In this document: piece after piece, positions 1 through 12,199 of the stretch
How the letters are laid out: the number at the start of each line of letters is the position of its first letter
Position numbering within the stretch: position 1 is the first letter of the stretch
Source of the DNA: Selaginella moellendorffii
Lineage: Eukaryota > Plantae > Lycopodiophyta
NCBI RefSeq assembly: GCF_000143415.4
Contig: NW_003314427.1
Coordinates: forward strand, 144,378-208,377
Reading direction: 5' to 3'
Length of the DNA stretch: 64,000 nt
The notes under the pieces: generated by a model
The model's database searches: none
What the model was told of the DNA's origin: nothing
Seen by the model: the letters and a program-made list of their open reading frames with translations, nothing else
Position numbers and translations under genes: made by a program

Positions 1-300
1 AGATGGACCCGAGATGGAGTCCGAGATGGAGTCCGAGATGGACCCGAGATGGACCCGAGATGGAGTCCGAGATAGAGTCCGAGATGGAGTCCGAGATGGA
101 GTCCGAGATGGAGTCCGAAGTCGAGACCGAGACCGGGACCGAGACCGGGACCGAGACCGAGACCGAGACTGAGATCGGGACCGAGACCGAGACCGAGGCC
201 GAGGCCGAGACCGAGCCCGAGCCCGAGTCCGAGTCCGAATCCGAGTCCAAGTCCGAGTCCGAGTCCGAGTCCAAGTCCGAGTCCGAGTCCGAGTCCGGAG
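1..300. repeat. 12-bp (GAGATGGAGTCC) and 6-bp (GAGACC/GAGTCC) tandem arrays inside LTR A
   Basis: Directly visible; the same arrays occur at about 24700-25290 and 30343-30911. Confidence 0.95.
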
Positions 301-1341
301 CCTGAGAGGGTGAAAGCCCAAAGCGTTCGTCTCCCAGACCCTGGGGGGTTTGGTGAGCTCCAAAAGTATAGTAGGGGGAGGACTGCAGTGGAGCCAGTTT
401 GGCCAGGAAAGGCCAGTTTGGCCCAGGAAGGCCAGACCCAGTGTTGGGTGATGAGCTGCCCACTGGGAAGTCCAAGACTAGAGTGAACACAGACCGACAA
501 GCGGGGTAGCTTGGTGAAGTGTTCAAGAGCCGGCTCTAGTTCCCCCGGGAGATCGACTGGCCGATGCTCCCAGTCCAAGTGTGGGTGGCACTACCTACTT
601 GGATACCTGGTGTGGCTCAACGGAACCCGCTCTAAGCCCATGGCTAGAGCACCCAAGGGCAGAAGGCGAGGAGAGTACCTAGGTGGCTCGCGTAAGGCCA
701 CGGTGTTTCGAAATGTTGTCCCAAAGGCCCAGACTGTGGAAAGGAAGAGGAGCAGTCCTTTGGGGTAGTGACCAAGGACACAGTCGTGTGGTGAGGAAGT
801 CTCAGAGGACCGTGGGACTTAGTGGTCGGGCCTGTGGGTCTCGATCCAGTGGCAGTGTTGGCAAACACGGCTAGGGGCAGAAAGGGACTTAGTGGGGACT
901 GACAGAGGGATATTGGGGAAGGCTATTCCCCTTGTCGGTGGGCATCCTAAGGATGCTAAGGAGTGGATCTGAGATGACCACTCACGGATGGTTTGCCTAG
1001 TCTTGGAGGGCCAAGACGGTGATGCAAGTGGTGTTGGACCACCAGTGTGACCAAGGTAAATGGGCATGGCCTTAGCGTAACGGGCCGGTACGTCGGTGAT
1101 ACCTTGGGGTGTCGATCATGGGATCGGACACGTGGAGCACTTGGACCAAGTGCTAAGGTTGAGTGGCATGGATGCCATTCTCGGGGCTAGCAAGCCCCAA
1201 GTCCTGAGTTGGACTTATGGAGGTTGTCAATGAGACTTCTCCAAGTGGTCAGAGGTGTGGTTAAGTGACTAAAGTAAAATGGAAAAGTTAGTCGCTTACA
1301 ATTTGGTATCGGAGCTGTTCCTTAGTTTGACTTTTATTGGT
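1..1341 (+). mobile_element. Partial 5' LTR (family A) plus PBS and a short internal stub
   Basis: Reverse complement of the LTRs at 23691-25523 and 29336-31144. It ends ...GTCGCTTACA at 1300, followed by the PBS TGGTATCGGAGC (1304-1315, tRNA-iMet type). Similarity to the family-A internal region stops at about 1341. Confidence 0.9.
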
Positions 1342-2135
1342 CTATTATTATTCATCCAAGCTCCATATCGGTGGTTACCGTCAATAATTTGGAACATTGT
1401 CCCCGCAAGCTGTCGAGTCTCAGAATGTCTGATAAGCATGTCATCAAATTCTAGGGACTTCCTCCTCCAAATAGGATCCCAGCTATTCACAATCTCGGGT
1501 GTGACAGTAATGATCTCCGTTATTCCTGGCTTGCAAAAAGAGACTAGAAACATACCGATATTTGTTGCAAGGCCATTCTGTTTGAACAAGCTGTATATAT
1601 CCGGGTTGACATACTTGGATGCTGTGCGGACAAGGTTCGTCTGCTGCAAACGGCAAAGGGGGATTTCTCTGATCAAGTCACAAGGGCCTAGCCACTTGAG
1701 CGCCTCAAGTGTTTGGTGAACTGCTTTTTCCCTTGTCCGCATAACAGTCTCTTGGAAGCGTTTGTCCACCACATTGTCAGGAAGGTCTGCAACTCTTTCA
1801 GCTCCAGGCTGTTCGTCAGGTTCCCTATCGTGAACACCACTAGATTGCCCAACTTCAGGGATTTGCGTTGGTGGTGGTGGCGGTGGTGGCGGGGGCAGAA
1901 GCAATAGTGGCAGTGGTGGTGGCAATGGTGGTGGTGGCGGTGGCGGCGGGGGCAGAGGCAATAGTGGTAGTGGTGGTGGCAATGGTGGTGGTGGCGGTGG
2001 CGATGGAGGTGGTGGAGGTGGTGATGGAGGTGGTGGAGGTGGCGATGGTGGTGGTGGAGGTGGTGATGGTGGAGGTGATGGTGGTGGAGGTGGTGAATCT
2101 CTAACTAAATGTGTCTCTGTTGTGCCAATGGACAT
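1342..2135 (-). pseudogene. Truncated gene: Pro-rich N-terminus plus ParB/sulfiredoxin-like domain
   Basis: ORF 1296..2135 contains FQIIDGNHRYGAW (IIDGxHR motif at about 1368-1388). It is homologous to 50880-51290(-) and is cut just after the motif by LTR-element sequence. Confidence 0.75.
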
Positions 2136-2309
2136 GTCGATTGTGATGTCGTCGTTAGTGCCAAATTGAACTTCTCATGTCTTTTTGGCTCCAACAACCT
2201 TTTTATGTGTTACAATTTTCCTTTTCTGCAACGAGAAAAAGTTTTGTTAGTCAAACTAAATAAAGATAATGAGAAATTCAAACAGTCAAAGAGAAAAAAA
2301 AAATCAAGT

Positions 2310-2412
2310 GGGCCTAGACTCCACCTCGGGCACTTTGGTTGCCCAGGGGCCACGAGGTTATTCAAATAACCTCGGCCCCTCGGCGAGCAAAACTGCCCGA
2401 GGTGGCTGGCCC
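2310..2412. repeat. Long imperfect inverted repeat (hairpin)
   Basis: Outer arms CCACCTCGGGCA and TGCCCGAGGTGG; inner arms AGGGGCC(A)CGAGGTTATT and AATAACCTCGGCCCCT. Confidence 0.85.
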
Positions 2413-2562
2413 GAGCTTGACCTCGGCCAGCAAAGAAGCAATCAGGAAAAAAAAAGGGAAGCAATGGAATGGAAGCAATGGAATCAAAAAATGGAAGTGG
2501 AAGCAATCAAATCAAAACTCACCCTTGGTGGCATCTTTCCTCCCCCGATTTCTAGATTTCTT

Positions 2563-2862
2563 GTGCACTCAATCTCTCCCGCTCGCACACTCAATCTCTC
2601 CCACTCGTGCACTCAATCTCTCCCACTCGCCCACTCAATCTCTCCCGCTCGCGCACTCAATCTCTCCTACTCGCGCACTCAATCTCTCCGGCTCGCACGC
2701 TCAATCTCTCCCACTCGTGCGCTCAATCTCTCCTGCTCGCACGCTTAAACTCTCCCGCTCGCGCGCTCAATCTCTCAATCTCTTGCGCGCTCAATCTCTC
2801 GATCTCTTGCGCGCTCAATCGCTCGATCTCCTTCGCGCTCAATCTCTCGATCTCTCGCGCGC
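2563..2862. repeat. ~22-bp CT-rich tandem array (GCACTCAATCTCTCCCGCTCGC)
   Basis: Directly visible degenerate tandem units. Confidence 0.9.
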
Positions 2863-2883
2863 TCCACTTATGATGCGAACAGT

Positions 2884-2950
2884 AACCTAATCTTGGCAGC
2901 TACCCTAACCCTAATCCTGACGGCTGCCCTAACCCTAACCAATCTCTAAT
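2884..2950. promoter_or_regulatory. Telo-box-like ACCCTAA cluster upstream of the ParB-like gene
   Basis: Several (A)ACCCTAA motifs; AAACCCTAA motifs sit at the equivalent position in copy 2 (52646-52668). Confidence 0.4.
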
Positions 2951-3996
2951 CCTGGCCGTTCATTCCAAATAACCTAAATCTAAACCATCACAATATCTTT
3001 GATCTTATTTTATCTTATCATTATTATTATATGTAAATTATGCTTCTTTATTTTGTATATTTTAATGATGGTATAACTAGCACCTATCAACATTTCTGTT
3101 ATTAGAGATATGATATTATATTTTACAAATTATCTAGAAATGATGCATTCTCATCAATATTTTGTACATATTTTGGAATCGTTACAAGAACTTCAAAGAG
3201 TATAAATAAGGCACGTTAAAATATGTTGTACTATATCCATCTATGAATGGATGAATCCTCATCCAAAAATTTATTTTGTGTTGTATTAGATCCTAAACAA
3301 TAGGCACGTGCTTTAAATGTCATTGAGCAGTGTTCACAATTATGAATAAAACTTGAGTTGTACTACGAATCAAATCTATTATTGAAGAATAAGATTTGAC
3401 AAGATTTATTATCATCTACCACTTAAAATTTGACAACTTGACATATCACACGTGCTGATAGTTAGATTGGATCTCTTGGTTTGACACGTTATAGCAGAAT
3501 GTCATTACTGGTATCATTATTAACTATCAAACTTCACGTGCTGAAAATCTTTCCTTGGATCTATGTGTATACATGCATCAAACATCATAATAGATGACAG
3601 TAATATTAATACTGTCACACTTACACATGTTAAATTTGCTATAGAATTTAAATTCATTTTGTACGTTGTCTTCTTATTACTCTATTTAAATTTCAATTAT
3701 GTTTCACTATAGATTTTTACAAGTAGCATAAAGAGAGAGAACTCCAAAACCTATTGAGAAGGATGGAGAGGTTTCTTCTTCATTTTCGAGATCACCCACC
3801 TCTTTCATTCTCTCAGAGTATTGTTTCTGAAAGTTTTTTATGTCGGCGTTTTGATCGTTGTCTTGGCTCTATTTCTTTAGAGGCTGTGATCCGCAATGAC
3901 ACCGGTATAGTTGCATACTCGGAGTTTCTTCTTTCTGGTGTGGGCGAGGGTGGACAACAATGGGATTTACAAAATTCCAAGTCGAAGGAGATTTGA

Positions 3997-6900
3997 GTGT
4001 TCGGATCTCCAGTCAAAATGCCAAAATGCACTCCAGCAAAAGTGAATGTGAAGCAAGAGTCAGCCGTTATCCTCTTGTCCTCTTCTAGTTCAAGTGGAGA
4101 TGTCATGCTAGTGTCGGTGCCAAATTCACCAGCTCCAGCTCCAACTTCAGCAATATTCAAAGCCGTTAGCAATGCTTTCCAGTTTTCACGCCTCTCAATC
4201 GACGTGCACTTGTTTTTGTATAGGCTTGTGAGTGAGCTTCCATCCTCCTACAATGGCAACATTTTCTTCGAGCTACCACCTCTTGTCAGCAGCACAGGTT
4301 TCAAACGGAAGGGGATGGAAACCAAGCAGGATGTCCACAATTGGTGCAAGATCAAGACCACACACTTCCAACATTTTGAATGCATAGTGTCTATAGTTCA
4401 TTGTGGTGGGCATTTAGATTGTGTGAATGAAGTATGCAATCGAGACCGCTCTAGAAACTCTATATTTTTCGAAGGGTCTGCAGTCAATCCTCTAGCCTGT
4501 GACACCATTGCTGTTGGATTCAAATGTCGATTCTGCAAAAATGCTCCTCTATGTCGTGCTATCTGCGAGGCCAAGATGTACTACTTTCTTCCACGGGATG
4601 GAGTGGCTGGAAGAGCTGCAGTGCATGTTGGCACACATATGCATCCAATGCAGGAACGGATACAAAAGAGTTCTCTCAACCGTTTCAAAGATGCTGTATA
4701 GGAAGAGACTATGAGAAACTCATCTGCAACTCCGAAGCATGTTCAGAAGACCGTCCTCAAGGATTTTATCACAAATACCTTACTCAATCCAGGTTGCCAA
4801 AAGACTCAACTAAACGAGGCTAGCTTGCGGGACTTACTACGAGGAGTACAACCTGCTACTAGCCTAAGGAGGTACATCCGTTATTTTTCATATGTTATAA
4901 TAATAATTTTTTTTTACATTATATTGTTTAGGATAAAATCTTGGATGTGTGAATCTCGAGAGGGGAAGTTGCAATCAAAAATTGACTCCATCCTTGAATT
5001 GAAACGGACCTGTCCATACGAGTTCATCCACGGAAGTTTGTTTCCAGACCAAGTTGTGAATGAGCAAGAGCGCCCCTTCGTCTTCAAAATGTCTACCATG
5101 GGCCCTGCCTCTGGCGTAGATCTTGTCTCCTGAATGGACATGTTTGGGTCTAGTGACCTTGCAAATGCATGGGTACATTTTGACCATATGGAGCGTGTAT
5201 CCGGTTGGACAACCATGGGAGCTCATGTGTATGATCCAAGGTAATTTTTATTCTCATTATATTGAAATTGTTATAATATTTATGTTTTCATAGGCTACGT
5301 TGTAACTTAACAATTGCGACAGCAGAGTTTAAAGTACAAGACCAGACAGCACAGGAAATATTTTGGAAGTCCCTCTCTGATATTGTCCTAAAGCAGACTG
5401 GTAAACCTGCAAACTTTCGTGGTTTCATGGCAGATGGGGCTTGTGCAAACTGGAATGGTATCCGAGCAATTTTTGGGAAGGGTCAACCATTGGAAGGTCG
5501 TGAGAGGACTTGTGAGTTCCATTGGGCTCAAAGCCTAAACCAGCACTCCCACCTTATTAAGCCAGAGTTTCAATCAATATTTAAGGAGTTGTGCAAACAA
5601 TGGTAGGTTGCACCTTATGAAGAAGAGTATGAGGCAAAAGCAAACGAGATCCGAATGTGGTGGCGTGAAGATGGCCATACAGACGTAAGTTGCCTACCAC
5701 AACTTGAGTCATGGTTAGGATGGTGGGAAGTTAGGATGTTCCAATGGGGACATCACTCTTTTCAGGTTGGTTTATATTTTTTCTTCTCCTTTTATTACCT
5801 TTTAATATTGCCTTTTCCATTAGGATCAACCACTTGAGGACCTTGCATACAACCCAACTGTGAATCTCTCCAAAAGTAAGCATTGGAGTTGGCGTTCCTC
5901 TGAGGCAGGGAAAGGGAAGATGAGTCTATACGAAGCCTGTCTATCAGATTTGATACGTGCTATAAAGCAATCTTCAAAAGCACTGGCATTCGAGGAAGGA
6001 AGATACATGGGAACAGGGCCTTCTGTTGAAATGTTACATGATAGGATGAAGAGAAAATTAACTCCACCCGCCCGAACAGTGGCAACTGTAGTTGAGGAAG
6101 TGGTCCGTGGCACATCTATGGAGTACACTCCCTGAGCTTCTATTGGTGATATGAAGACTGTCCGCTCAAAGCGTCGTTTTTCCTTTGCTGGGGAAGATGT
6201 TGGTACGGACCTTGGAGCAAAAAGCTCTCACAGGCCTGATGTCGAGTACCATTCTGCTCCAAGACACCGCTCTCGGACCGAGCCACCTCAAGTGGCTGAT
6301 GAAGAGAGTGCATCGCAACAGGTTGAAATTGCTTACCGTAGCGTGGAGCCGAAGCAATGGGCAATCCGACGCGTGCCAGCAAAATCAAATGTAAGGTGTG
6401 TGGGGATGCTTCTGAGGGGCAAGTGTTGGGCCTGGATTCGTGGTGAAAAATCTGCTTCTGTTCCAGCCCCATGTTTCTATGGGGAATGAAAGCAAGTAGG
6501 ATTTTCAAGATGGTGTTGGCTATATTGTTGCAACACCGACGCCAACCATATGAAGCGGCTTGAAGACACTATAGTGACTAAACCTGATGCAGTACCTAAA
6601 GAATGGCTGGTTGCTAATGGGGTCGCACTCACCTCGGATGAGATTGACAACCTTGAGAAATCTGGTTTTAATCTTGAGAGGAGAGTTGGAGACATGAGTG
6701 ACAGGAGCAGGACTATTTCTATAGAGATGCACAGGAGGCCAGCACGAAAAGGTAAGGCAGTTAAATTTATTGGTACCGTCTCCAAGCAGAAGCAAGGTAA
6801 AATAAACTTGGCTCAAACACTTGAGTGTGAGATTCTCTCCACGAAGTACATCACTGTGCTTGCAAAAGAGTACACAGTCAAAACAGAAGGTGGAGAGTAC

Positions 6901-7101
6901 ACAATTGCCATTCACGACTTTCCTTCTTGCACATGTCCAGACTTTACGAAGCGCGAGGAACATGGAAAGGCATATGCTCCTTGCAAGCATATGTACTACA
7001 TCTTCATCAACATCTTGCACCAGGATCCTAAAGTGGATATTCATATACACCAAGCAAGTCTTACTATTGCTGAGTTGCAGAAAACTTTTGGAGCTAATTA
7101 G
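3997..7101 (+). pseudogene. Multi-exon Mutator-like transposase: GCM/WRKY-like Zn domain, DDE core, C-terminal SWIM
   Basis: N-terminal Cys/His pattern (HNWCKIKT..CGGHLDC..C..CRFC..C..C..HVGTHMHP). Core motifs WVHFDHMERV, FMADGACANW and CEFHW (CxxH). SWIM motif CTCPDF...CKH at about 6925-6990. Short GT-AG introns (e.g. 5241-5293, 5766-5823) and several in-frame stops. Confidence 0.85.
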
Positions 7102-7195
7102 ATTTCTCCAACACTATCGATGTTTATTCTCTATCAATAATAAAACTTATTATACTTTATATAATTAATACAAATGTGCTTTTTCATTTCACTTT

Positions 7196-7648
7196 TCATT
7201 TTATATGCTTCCAAGTGTTCTTCTCGCAATACTGCCCATAGTACTCGTGTGTCTCCATTTCTGTCTTTACCATCTCAAAAAAGATTTCATGGTAGTCTTT
7301 CGGGTGTGTGATGTTGCAGTGTGTCACAAGAGCATATATACCATCATATTGATCATTGCCATTGTTTCCACCAAACGCTAGAAAATATATAAGGCACTTC
7401 TTGAAAGTGGCAGAATTGCACTTTTCTAAAACAAGTAAAAGGGCATTCTTTTTCACCCAATTTGTTGCACCCTCTGTCATTGCATTTATCTCCAACTCAT
7501 GATCACTATCCTCACTATCCTCTCTTTCATTCTCTTGTGTGATTTGGTTATGCTGTGCAATGGGATAGTTATTGCATCTCCTAACCCTTGAACCCTGGGA
7601 AGAAAGATTGTGAGAGTTAAAATTACCAACACTAGAACCCATAGACAT
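7196..7648 (-). CDS. Hypothetical 150-aa protein inside the Mutator-like element
   Basis: Uninterrupted ATG-to-stop ORF with protein-like composition, convergent with the transposase; no motif recognised. Confidence 0.45.
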   Translation of the reverse strand: MSMGSSVGNFNSHNLSSQGSRVRRCNNYPIAQHNQITQENEREDSEDSDHELEINAMTEGATNWVKKNALLLVLEKCNSATFKKCLIYFLAFGGNNGNDQYDGIYALVTHCNITHPKDYHEIFFEMVKTEMETHEYYGQYCEKNTWKHIK

Positions 7649-8189
7649 TTGTGGGTGTATTTCTCTTTTTTCGAATGAGAGTGTGAATGAAGATCTATAA
7701 ATTCTAGACAGTATGCTACGACAAACCCCTCAAGAATGTATTTTACAAAGAACCAAGTCTTTCTTTTATATGCAATAAGCTTACATCAATGGTTATTTTT
7801 TTTCCTTTCAAACGGTTATATGGCTTCATATAGAATCTTATTTCAAATTTAATAATTTTTTAATTCTGACAAACCTAACATTTACTAGCTAGAAAGCATA
7901 GAGTACAAATTTAAAGAAGTGACAAGAATACTTTTTTTGCAAACATTTTATTTTATGTTCTAACAAATGTCCCTATCATTGCATGTAGTAAATATTTAAA
8001 TTATTAGAACAAAACGTGTTCTTTAGAACATTTTTATCTATATAATATATAGAGAGTTATTAAATTATTAAGTTCGCCATAACCTTAAAATTTTAAAATT
8101 TATAATGTTTGTACTAAATTACAATTGAAAATTGAGCTCAACTCGTGAGCTCAACTCTTCAACTCGTGAGCTCAAGTATGGTCCGCGCC

Positions 8190-11100
8190 TGGAGAAACCG
8201 CAGAATAAAGACAGAAGGCACTACTAGCTATAAATAATCATTAGGATTTGTCCCCACAAAATAAAGAAGGCCGTCTTCAAGGCGATATTGAGAATGTAAA
8301 TGCCGGAAAGGCAAATTATCAACAAGTGATGTAGGATTCTCAAACCCATTTCAAAGCCTTCGAATCCATGACTCAATCTTTTAAGCCTCGCGAACTTTAT
8401 CAAGAGAAGGTAGATCTTGCTCTGCGCCTTGTGGACACTGAACCTCAAGTACAGCAACTGCCGATGGCATAGAATCCTTGTCTAGAAAATCCACAGATGT
8501 TAGAATAACATGCTCGTAAGAAACATGAGAAGAGAGTGGAGAAGGAAGAGGAGCTCGAGAAAGGGCAATAGCATCAGCCATAAAACTCTCTAGGCGATGA
8601 ACAATATCAAAATTATATATCTGAAGCTTCAAATCCCATTGAGCAGTATGACCAACCAAGTTCTTCCACTTTAATAATGAAGTAACAGCAGCATGGTCAC
8701 CTTCAAGTAACATCCAAAAGCCATGTAGATATACATGAAGTTTCTCAAAACCCTAGACTGCTGCTAAACACTCATTTGTTGTGGAGTAGTTTATCTCCGC
8801 TAGTTGTAATGTACAGCTTATATATGCAATGGGATGGCGCTAACCAGGCACACACGAGCTCTCTTGCATCAACACACCTCCAAGACCAATGTCAGAAACG
8901 TCCACTCGCAAAATAAAAAGTCAAGTATAGTCAGAATATGCCAAAACCAGAGGAGTTGTCAATAGCTCTTTGAGATCCAGGAATGCCTACTCACAATCTG
9001 GAGAATAGATGAAAGATGACGTTGATGACTTCAGCAACTCTCGCAATGGTGTAGTGTGATTAGAAAGATGATCCACAAAATGACCGAGATACTGCACTTT
9101 GCCCAAAAAGCACTACACATCATTCACACACTTCGGAGTAGGGAACATTAGAACAGCCACGAGTTTGTCAGGATCAACTTGCAAACCCTCACAAGAAATA
9201 CAGTACCCAAGATAAGTTGTGTCTTTGGACCCAAACACACACTTCGACCATGCCAGCTTTAAACCAATATCGCGTAGTCGATCCAACACTTTACAAACAT
9301 CACGAATGTGCTCCTCCCACGTCCCCTCCAAGTGGATCAAGACATTATCAATGAAGTCAGCAGTCACCTTTGGCATATTGCAAAGAACTTCGTCCATCAT
9401 CCGCTGGAAAGTTGCTGGAGCATTGTTCAAACCAAATGGCATCACCAAGAACTCATACAAACTAAATAGTGTACGAAAAGCAGTCTTAGGAATATCTTCT
9501 TTGGCCATCGGTACTTACCATTACCTAGAAGCAACATCTAACTTGGTGAACGAACGACTTCGCCCCAGATGATCCAAGAGATCAGTAGTGTGAGGAAGAG
9601 AGTACACATCTGGGATTGTCACTTCGTTTAATGGATGATAATTGATGCAAAAACGAATACTCCCATCAGGTTTTGTCACAAGATGAAGTTCACATGCCCA
9701 AGGACTCTGCGACTTCCAAATAACACCCTTCTCCAACATCTCCTTGACGTTTGCACATAAAATCTTGATTTCCTTAGGTGACTGATGACAAATAGAAACC
9801 TTGATTGAGCAAGCATCCTCAGTTGGAATCAGATAACATATGGCAATCTTGGCTCCAGATGATAGGTCAAATTCAAAGAGATTAGAATACTCTTTTATGA
9901 GCCGGTCAACCACTGCAACACAAAGATTGTCGGAGGGATCGGAAAAGGGAAGAGCAAAACAAGATGGAAACATAGGAGGAAATAGTAGGGGAATAAAAGT
10001 AATGGAAGCAGAAGTAGAAATAAAGGGACAAAAAGGTATAGAAGTGAGAGGAATGGATGAAAGTAATGGAAGCAAAAGTAGAAGTAGAGGGACGAAAAGG
10101 TATAGAAGTGAGAGGAATTGATGAAACATAAGGAAATATGAGATAAGGGGGAGAAGCTTCAAAGTCACACTTGGTATGATTGCACTGCAACCAATCTATA
10201 CAAAAAATGAGATCAAAAGCTTGACTCGGCACCACCCGCAATAACTGCAACTCAAGCTCGAGATTGCCCACATGCACAACCAGATCTGCCTCATCCCGTG
10301 CACATGCATGTGGCCATTGCTATAAAGAATGAAAACTGGTTCCGCCGCATGACACAAGTGTAGACGGCAACGTATGGCAACAGGTCGAGCAATAGAAGAT
10401 AAACTCGAACTTGTATCAACCCACACAGAGAGAATAATAAGAGACCTCTTGTTATAAAAAGAAGCTTGGAAAGTAAACACTAGATGAACCGGTGCTGAAT
10501 GAACCCCTTGATGATACTCTTGAAAGAAAGATGGAAGGGTCACTAACTTATTCGCACAAGGTCCCTCTGTTACTTGTGCGACTCCTTGTTTCCCATATGC
10601 ATCTCAATGTCCAGACCTTCCACTACAATAGCACTAATAGGACGTTGCTGATGCCAAGTCTCTACCCAGGAAATGGAGGCCCCTAATCTGAAAAACACAG
10701 ACAATGCCGATAAGTATGACCAACTTCATCACATGCTCAGGAGTGAACATCACAGCCATGACCATGTCCTTGCCCTTGTCCTTGGACTTGAGTAGCAGCA
10801 ACATCAACCTACATTGGAACATGACCATCACCCATAAGAAATGGAGTTGAAGGATGTGCAACGAGAAGTGGAAAAGGCGACATCTCATAACGTTGTGCCA
10901 AGGGAAGAGCATCGTCAAGGGTGGCAGGAGCAAGTGCATGCACAAGTCCGAGAAGATCTTGATAAAGTGCTAGCCACAACATTCCGAGCTTGATCCACTC
11001 CGACATATTTGGCTCCGCACGAAGTAAAAAACTTTGGAAATGAACACCAAATTGCATCACCAACTTAGATGGCCCTTGGTGAAGACGATGCAATTGTTGG

Positions 11101-11734
11101 AAGGCATCATCACAGTCGTCAGCATGTCCGGAGGCGCGTTTGATGACGTTCTAGAGAACACTCCAATCCCCACGAGTGGCTACGCTCAAACCATTTTACC
11201 ACTACAACGCCGTCCCTTGGAGACACATGGGAAACTCATGCAAACGTCGAGCATCATCCCAGGAATGATATATGGCAATCACCATGAAGTGATCGAACGA
11301 ATGGTACACATCATCCCCAGGATTCCCGCGAAAGAACTCCGGTTGAACGCAAGGATTGGCACCAAGAGCAGGAGGAGTTGTACCATGTGTTGTGAATGCC
11401 ACCATCAACTGAGTTTGGTTGTTCAATTGCAAGTGTATAGCATCAAACAATTGTACCAACTACTGCTCTAGAGGCAAAGGAGGAGATTGTTAATCTGCCA
11501 TATAGATGAACAAAAAAGAAAGAGCAAAATAAGAGAAATGACAAAAAGTTAGAAGGAAATGGTAGATCTAGACAATGCAAAAAGCTAGATCTAAACCAAA
11601 AACCTGAAAGGAAAGAACAAAAGAAAGGAAATAGAAAAAGTTAGATCTAGACAATGCAAAAATTATATCTAAACCAAAATCCAAAATTCAAGCACTTCTC
11701 AAGGACAATCAAGGATGCTTCTCAACTCCACCAA
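8190..11734 (-). mobile_element. Degenerate Ty3/Gypsy LTR retrotransposon (gag-PR-RT-RNase H; integrase cut off)
   Basis: RT motifs KTAFRT..YEFLVMPFGLNNAPATFQRMM and FIDNVLI (9113-9508); RNase H DHAAVTSLL (8381-8713); gag-like 10634-11460. A possible PBS TGGTGGAG (tRNA-Ala-like) lies at 11726-11733, next to a TG at 11735. Confidence 0.85.
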
Positions 11735-11889
11735 TGTGAGTGTTTGGAATATGGAAAGGGAATACAAAAAATGTGCATATTCATTAACCTAAAAACCATA
11801 GCTTATGAGTGGTCTGAATTAAAACTACCAAAATCCCACTATGCTAATATTAGTATACGGCATCGTAGCTATACATTTGGCCCTCACAT

Positions 11890-12115
11890 TATATTATTTT
11901 ATGTTCTAACAAAATATCTCTATTATGGAATAGAGTAAATATTTAAATTATTACAACAAGAAGTGTCCTTTAGAACATTTTTATCTATATAATGTGAAAC
12001 TATTACATTCACCATAACTTTTAATATTTTATAATTTTTGTAGTAAATTACAATTAAAAATTAAGCTCAACTCACAAACTCAACTCTTTAACTTATGAAC
12101 TCAAAAATGGTTGAC
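11890..12115 (+). repeat. Decayed direct copy of 7945-8180 (putative subterminal sequence of the Mutator-like element)
   Basis: Shares TTTTATGTTCTAACAAA, GTAAATATTTAAATTATTA, CTTTAGAACATTTTT and AAATTACAATT..GCTCAACTC. Confidence 0.8.
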
Positions 12116-12199
12116 TATCATTTCCATTGCCTTACAAGTTCTCCTAAGAGGCTTTCAACACTCTAATAAAGCAGAAGCTATATATTACAACCAATAGAA

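Larger units (their letters stand above)
1342..8189. mobile_element. Mutator-like DNA transposon, copy 1 (left end lost): ParB-like gene (-), transposase (+), small ORF (-)
   Basis: Contains a MULE-type transposase and a divergent ParB-like gene. The right end has GAGCTCAACTCGTGAGCTCA repeats, and Gypsy pol sequence starts abruptly at about 8190. Layout matches 47881-56051. Confidence 0.7.

Noticed and set aside
1865-2100. Extensin-like Pro-rich protein (SPPPP repeats)
   Set aside because: No signal peptide; it is the low-complexity N-terminus of the ParB-like ORF.
2884-2950. Interstitial telomere
   Set aside because: Only a few scattered CCCTAA motifs, more consistent with telo-box promoter elements.
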